Part shown: positions 58,975 through 64,000 of the stretch, piece by piece
Layout: each line of letters begins with the position of its first letter
Position numbering within the stretch: position 1 is the stretch's first letter
From: a virus
Virus record (IMG/VR): IMGVR_UViG_3300005264_000003
Location: 1 to 64,000 of that record
Direction: 5' to 3' (one strand)
DNA length: 64,000 nt
Notes under the pieces: generated by a model
The model's database searches: none
What the model was told of the DNA's origin: nothing
The model's input: only the letters and a program-made list of their open reading frames with translations
Position numbers and translations under genes: made by a program

Positions 58975-61299
58975 ATGGCAAAACTTGGAAGCTTAATCTT
59001 TATGGATGATATAGAGCAAAGCGTTAATTCAATTAAAAGCACAAGCGATTTGCTTCACAGTAATATCTTAAATGCCTTTTCTGATAGCAATGTACTATAT
59101 AATATGTCATCTGTAATGGAAGACATTGTTCTTGATAAATATCTGTCAATGTATAACACAGCTAAAGCTATTAATATAGGCAATATACTTAAAAATAATG
59201 TAATCATAGAGTCATTTACATCTAATGACTTTAATGACTTAGAGTTTCCTGTTGATGAGTATTTAAATATTGATACTCAAAATGGTGACTTATCACTACC
59301 AATACAATCAACTAAGTCGCTGGATGTTTCAAGCGTAATACTTGGATCTGAGTCTAATGGTAATCTTGGTAATTCACTAGAAAACAACAAGAATAATGAT
59401 GTCACTGCAATGCTAAATGGCAACAGTACTAGCATGTTAGAATATGAAATTGTCTCAAATTCATGGAAAGTTCCTACTTTAAGACTGTCTGTGACACTAA
59501 GGCTTGCAAGTGAGAATGTAGCAAATGGAGTGTATATAAAGACATTTGCTGAAGACGGAATGTTATATCCTAAGATAGAAAGCATATTAGTATCGCTCGA
59601 CGGAGAGCTGTGGATCAATGCTCCTCGTGTAGTAGATGTAAATAAAGCCGACTACTACATTAGATTTAAGTCTCAAAGGGCTAGATTTGTAAAGGTTTTA
59701 TTTTCTCAAACTACCTATCATGTTGTTAAGTCAATTTTTGGCAATAAGAATAGGTATATGATAGGCGTAAGAGAAATATCAATTAAGCAGACAACATATA
59801 AATCTACAGGCGAGTATATATCGAGAGCATTCACTAGTAGCTCTACAATAAACACTATTGCATTTAGAAGCCAAGAGGAATCCAATAGAGACATAAGCTA
59901 TTTCATTAGCGCTGACAATGGATCTAGATGGGTGCGAATTAAAAGCGGACAACTGTTACAGTTATCTAACGCAAACATGGGACTCAGAGGAGACATAGAT
60001 GTTTCAGCAGTAAGAATAAAGATATTAATGAACAGAAACCTATTGCCTAACACAAAGACTAGTACAGAATGGATTAATACAAATAGTAGCAATAAGTATT
60101 CTCTTACACATCAGCCGGCTGACATAAGCACCGTAGAAGCATGGGTTGGAGGCCACATTACTTGTGGAGATGATCACCCTTACAATGTAAGCATAAATGA
60201 TACAGCTAATATAGACAAAGAGGTATTAGAGACGTCTAGATGTATAATAGATAAGAACGTAAATTTTGCATCTGTTCTCAAGTTCATTCCTTATCATGAG
60301 GATATAGAGAAGGACATTATCGTTAAGATGAATGGTCTTATTCTTAAAAATAGCAGAAATACATATAATATAATCAGGCATGCCAATCCTCTCAACTCAA
60401 TAGTTATATTTAACAACAAGGCATTCTTGAGTAATTCAGTTCCAGCTAGCCAGTTAAGCTTAGAATATGCACCTTATTTACACGACAACAGAACTCAGCA
60501 AGTGCCAACTATAACTCTTCCAGCTACAAGGCCTGCCTTTATTCCTTCAGGTGATGGTGTTAGTGTTATAGCCTTGAAGTATTCTGATATAGAAGTAATT
60601 ACTCCATCACACATGAATATATTTGACAGCCTAGGAGAGACATATTCTGTAATAGAAAATAAGTCAGATGTGGACGGCATGAGCTGTTGGCTAATTGAGT
60701 CTGGTAACATTGGCGAGCCTGTGTGTCCTAAGCAATACACATTTTCACCTCACTTCAATGCAGCTAGTGGAGACTATTCATATAATCCATCAGCGTGGCT
60801 ATTTGAAGGATCGAACGATGGTATTAAGTGGACTACAATACAAGAAGAATCTTTAACTAATCCAGAGTGGAATGGTAGCTTGAAAGCATTCAAGACAGAT
60901 AATGATTGTTATTTTTGTTATTTCAGATGGAGGTTTACTCAGAATTCATCTGCTACCAATTTAACAACACTCAATTTAGCAGGCATAAACTTATATGAAG
61001 GCGAGCTAGAGAAATTAGAAAGCAGTAGCTTCAAAGTAATAGACAGATACACGATAAAGATAGATAATTCTAGCTACAGCATAGACTGGGACTATTTAGT
61101 TTATTATACGCCAGCTGTTAACATTGACAACTACGTACCAAATAATGTAGACTTAAATAGAATTGAGTTACAGGGACTTCCTACGCTACCAAACGGTATC
61201 AAGGTTTGCTTTGAGTATGAATATCAAGACAATGAATCTAATGAAGGTAAAGTGTTCTACACACCAATTTGCAATGAATACAAGGTAGAGTTACTATGA
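58975..61299 (+). CDS. Structural protein with discoidin/F5-8-type-C-like domain(s)
   Basis: VSLDGELW...RARFVKVLF and PSAWLFEGSNDGIKWTTI...YFRWRF. Confidence 0.7.
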   Translation: MAKLGSLIFMDDIEQSVNSIKSTSDLLHSNILNAFSDSNVLYNMSSVMEDIVLDKYLSMYNTAKAINIGNILKNNVIIESFTSNDFNDLEFPVDEYLNIDTQNGDLSLPIQSTKSLDVSSVILGSESNGNLGNSLENNKNNDVTAMLNGNSTSMLEYEIVSNSWKVPTLRLSVTLRLASENVANGVYIKTFAEDGMLYPKIESILVSLDGELWINAPRVVDVNKADYYIRFKSQRARFVKVLFSQTTYHVVKSIFGNKNRYMIGVREISIKQTTYKSTGEYISRAFTSSSTINTIAFRSQEESNRDISYFISADNGSRWVRIKSGQLLQLSNANMGLRGDIDVSAVRIKILMNRNLLPNTKTSTEWINTNSSNKYSLTHQPADISTVEAWVGGHITCGDDHPYNVSINDTANIDKEVLETSRCIIDKNVNFASVLKFIPYHEDIEKDIIVKMNGLILKNSRNTYNIIRHANPLNSIVIFNNKAFLSNSVPASQLSLEYAPYLHDNRTQQVPTITLPATRPAFIPSGDGVSVIALKYSDIEVITPSHMNIFDSLGETYSVIENKSDVDGMSCWLIESGNIGEPVCPKQYTFSPHFNAASGDYSYNPSAWLFEGSNDGIKWTTIQEESLTNPEWNGSLKAFKTDNDCYFCYFRWRFTQNSSATNLTTLNLAGINLYEGELEKLESSSFKVIDRYTIKIDNSSYSIDWDYLVYYTPAVNIDNYVPNNVDLNRIELQGLPTLPNGIKVCFEYEYQDNESNEGKVFYTPICNEYKVELL

Positions 61300-63455
61300 A
61301 AACATTAATGCTCAGAAAGATCATGGAGGAAAAGTTTAAGTCTTCAGTGATAGCAAACAGTGATTGTCCTAGGTTTATTGATATATATAACTCATCAATA
61401 AACGCATTAGAAAAAGTGATAGATACAAGTAATGTTCCCAGTATAAAATACAGGGCCAAGACGTCTACTTTAAGCCATAACAAGAATACTGAAGATATTA
61501 TATCTTGGCTCCAAATAGCAGCTAAGACAATGTCAGTTATGATAAATGACTATGAAGATGTATCAAAAGCTTATCTTAATTTATCTACAAGGATATTAAA
61601 TGATTCTCAAGAATTAAACAATGAAGTTGCTAAGATAACTAGCATGTCATGTATTTATATACCGCCTAGCTATTCTAATCAGACCAGTAAGTCTGTAGTT
61701 GGGAAAATTGGTAACTATATATGTTTACCATTTTTTATTAATGCAACTGAGATGTATGACGGAAGCGCATTTATTAGATCATATTCCAGCGGAAGTATAG
61801 ACTTTACAAACTCTAGTAGGATCAACTCTGTACCACTTAAGGATCCGCTGGCACTAAAGGTGTCTAGTCAAGACAAACTCGTAAGCGTAATCACTAACAT
61901 TAACATAGATCTTATTACAGCTAACATGATTTATATTAGATTTCTAAATGAATCTACAAAAATAAAGCTCTCCTTATTTAATGGCACTATTAAGGTGTAT
62001 GAAAAGGAGTTTTACGATTCAGAGATTTTGGTAAACTTTAGCCCAATTGAGTTTAATATAATATCAATTGAATTAAACTATATCAATACGAATACAGATA
62101 AGCCGTTTGCTATACAACTAGATTCAGTAGAGGTATTTAAGAGGATTCAATTTTCAAAGTGTGGTCAATTTGAGTCTAGTCCAATTAAAATAAACAACGC
62201 ATCTAACATAGAGAATATAGGGCTTTCATATACTCAGCTTAGCGATGACTCTATTACAAAGTCTACCAATCTCGTATCAATATCCAATAATCCAGACATA
62301 CTAGCTTATAACAGAATAGATCAAGGGGAATCGTTAGACGTATCTGTTCATAAATTTAGGCACTCAGAGAGCTTTAGCGGGCTTAGTAGTCGCAATGTAG
62401 ATTATCCAAGGGTAGATATAGCAGGAAAAAGCTTTTATCAAATTGACATGGATCCAAGCAAGGATGATTTATGGAATATAAATTATGATCATGCATTAGT
62501 TTTACATGGACTAAATTCAGACTATGCTGAAACTAATGAAGTTGGATCAGGTTACTATGGTCAGCATTTTGAGAATTGGACTAAAATTGGTACGTACTGG
62601 AGGAGTATGATTAACATTACAGATGATGCTGTATTAATAGATATAGGCAGTAATGAATGCTTAATAAACGGCAGAGAGCGCACGGGTAAGATTGAGATGA
62701 AGAAAGGTATCTCAATGATAGATGTACACGAGAAAGACATAGATTTCAAGATGGGTAAAGAGATTGTATCAGACATGTCAAGAGAGTCGGATATAAAAGA
62801 AGATCCTTTGTATCCGTTTAATTTCGCATACATGTTCTCAGGTTTACCAGAATATGATACTAATGGAGACATAGAAGATAAACTTCTTCGAGTATTTCAA
62901 GTCAGCGGAGTTACAACGCTGTTCCTTAATGAATCATTCATACCTCTTTCTATCGAAGTTAGTGATACGTCTCAAGTTGAACCATATAAAATGCAGTTAA
63001 CTTCTGGTGTATCTGTTCCTGGTACATTTTCCATTGAGCCAAATTCTGGAAGAATAAAAGTTTGCCCAAGCAGAACCAGCAAGGTAAAGCTACAGGTTAA
63101 GTATAGAAGATCCTCATTCTTTAGAAGGCCTATTGGCGTAATGTTTAACAGGTTATTAACATTCATGCCAGTAAAAGCATTAATTGGACTAGAGAATGCC
63201 ACTGATGAACAATTAAACTATAAGTATATATTCGATAACGAGTCCTTTTTTACACTAGATGGCGACACATCGAAGAGAAAGTTACTGTTGCAGGATACAA
63301 CAAGTGACGACCTATTTAGGTATAATAAGATTCAGCATTCTCAGTTAATATTTAATCGCAATAATGAAAATTTATACATATCCTCTAAAATAGAAATGGA
63401 GACGACAAATAGATATATAACACCGGCTATAAAAGATATCTACCTGTCAACATAA
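61296..63455 (+). CDS. Baseplate/tail-associated structural protein
   Basis: 719 aa; GQFESSPI and C-terminal TPAIKD parallel the upstream GEYISRAF / TPICNEY motifs. Confidence 0.65.
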   Translation: MKTLMLRKIMEEKFKSSVIANSDCPRFIDIYNSSINALEKVIDTSNVPSIKYRAKTSTLSHNKNTEDIISWLQIAAKTMSVMINDYEDVSKAYLNLSTRILNDSQELNNEVAKITSMSCIYIPPSYSNQTSKSVVGKIGNYICLPFFINATEMYDGSAFIRSYSSGSIDFTNSSRINSVPLKDPLALKVSSQDKLVSVITNINIDLITANMIYIRFLNESTKIKLSLFNGTIKVYEKEFYDSEILVNFSPIEFNIISIELNYINTNTDKPFAIQLDSVEVFKRIQFSKCGQFESSPIKINNASNIENIGLSYTQLSDDSITKSTNLVSISNNPDILAYNRIDQGESLDVSVHKFRHSESFSGLSSRNVDYPRVDIAGKSFYQIDMDPSKDDLWNINYDHALVLHGLNSDYAETNEVGSGYYGQHFENWTKIGTYWRSMINITDDAVLIDIGSNECLINGRERTGKIEMKKGISMIDVHEKDIDFKMGKEIVSDMSRESDIKEDPLYPFNFAYMFSGLPEYDTNGDIEDKLLRVFQVSGVTTLFLNESFIPLSIEVSDTSQVEPYKMQLTSGVSVPGTFSIEPNSGRIKVCPSRTSKVKLQVKYRRSSFFRRPIGVMFNRLLTFMPVKALIGLENATDEQLNYKYIFDNESFFTLDGDTSKRKLLLQDTTSDDLFRYNKIQHSQLIFNRNNENLYISSKIEMETTNRYITPAIKDIYLST

Positions 63456-63458
63456 GAC

Positions 63459-63746
63459 ATGACTAATGATGATTACTATGTAAGTAAAGTATTTATGTCA
63501 GATAGCAGCCTTGTTATCAATAGCATTAAAACTCAAGTCCTAAACGGATTTAAACAAAAGATTATAGATTTAGAGTTGGCAACAGAAGATGATGTAATTC
63601 TCGATGCGCTTGCTTCACATTTACTAGTACTAGAGGATGCGTATAATATAAGTATGTATAAGTTTCAATTTAAAATATTCACTGGAATAGTTAACAGAGA
63701 ACTTGCAGCCATTAGAGAGATGGTAGAATATGAAGAGACAGTATGA
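63459..63746 (+). CDS. Hypothetical protein
   Basis: 95-aa ORF; ATGA overlap with the next gene. Confidence 0.65.
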   Translation: MTNDDYYVSKVFMSDSSLVINSIKTQVLNGFKQKIIDLELATEDDVILDALASHLLVLEDAYNISMYKFQFKIFTGIVNRELAAIREMVEYEETV

Positions 63747-64000
63747 TAAAGGAGCTATTAGAAAGACACTTTATTAAAGATGCAAAGGAACCAAGAAAGC
63801 ATATCGATAGATTCTATCCAACTCAATCATCAGTTCCAGTTAGCAAGCGTTCATATATAAAGCTAGAGGGGAAATGTCTGAGGGCAGCCTATTATAGCTG
63901 TCTTGGGTTACCAGAAGAGGCCGAGTTTAGCTTAACTAAGCAGTTGATCTTCGGTATGGGAGATTATACTGAAAGCCTTATTCTTGATACTTTAGAGAAA
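63743..64000 (+). CDS. Cas4/RecB-like PD-(D/E)XK exonuclease, N-terminal part (runs off the window; not in ORF track)
   Basis: MIKELLERHF...RFYPTQSS...GKCLRAAYYSCLG...IFGMGDYTE matches the typical N-terminus of phage Cas4-like nucleases; catalytic motifs are not visible. Confidence 0.55.
   Translation, partial: MIKELLERHFIKDAKEPRKHIDRFYPTQSSVPVSKRSYIKLEGKCLRAAYYSCLGLPEEAEFSLTKQLIFGMGDYTESLILDTLEK

Noticed and set aside
1570-63202. Numerous minus-strand and alternate-frame ORFs in the track (e.g. 32025-32942, 49184-49735, 19231-19761)
   Set aside because: All are nested in long, motif-bearing + strand genes and look like antisense or frame shadows; none has a recognisable motif.
1-64000. Stop-codon reassignment, tRNA/rRNA genes, lysis cassette, integrase
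   Set aside because: Genes are full-length and densely packed under the standard code with TAA, TAG and TGA all used as stops. No tRNA, rRNA, endolysin or integrase signatures were recognised by eye.

Overview
The window is the morphogenesis half of a large, AT-rich contractile-tailed (myovirus-type) dsDNA phage genome, read in the standard genetic code with AGGAG/GGAGG ribosome-binding sites. The first ~1.3 kb is a strand-switch region: two small minus-strand genes plus motif-rich non-coding DNA. From 1290 onward all credible genes lie on the + strand. In order they are: small regulatory/membrane ORFs, terminase small subunit, a truncated terminase-ATPase-like ORF, a metallophosphoesterase, an intein-containing terminase large subunit, portal (with a MuF-like tail), a frameshifted homing-endonuclease-like gene, prohead protease/scaffold, decoration and major capsid proteins, neck, sheath, three tail-tube paralogues, chaperones, three giant proteins, spike, baseplate and receptor-binding-type proteins, and the start of a Cas4/RecB-like nuclease. 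The standout is the 18.6-kb three-gene block at the tape-measure position (31429-50054): a 1951-aa protein with an N-terminal DEDDh exonuclease-like domain; a 1796-aa protein carrying motifs of both barrels of a two-barrel RNA polymerase (GHKLAGGVK; RYP...NGDHDGD), i.e. a candidate single-chain virion RNA polymerase; and a 2452-aa thermonuclease-hub fusion. A palindromic GTTAWTAAC(A) element recurs just upstream of several gene starts. All assignments come from visual motif recognition and synteny; no database searches were run, so novelty is unverified.
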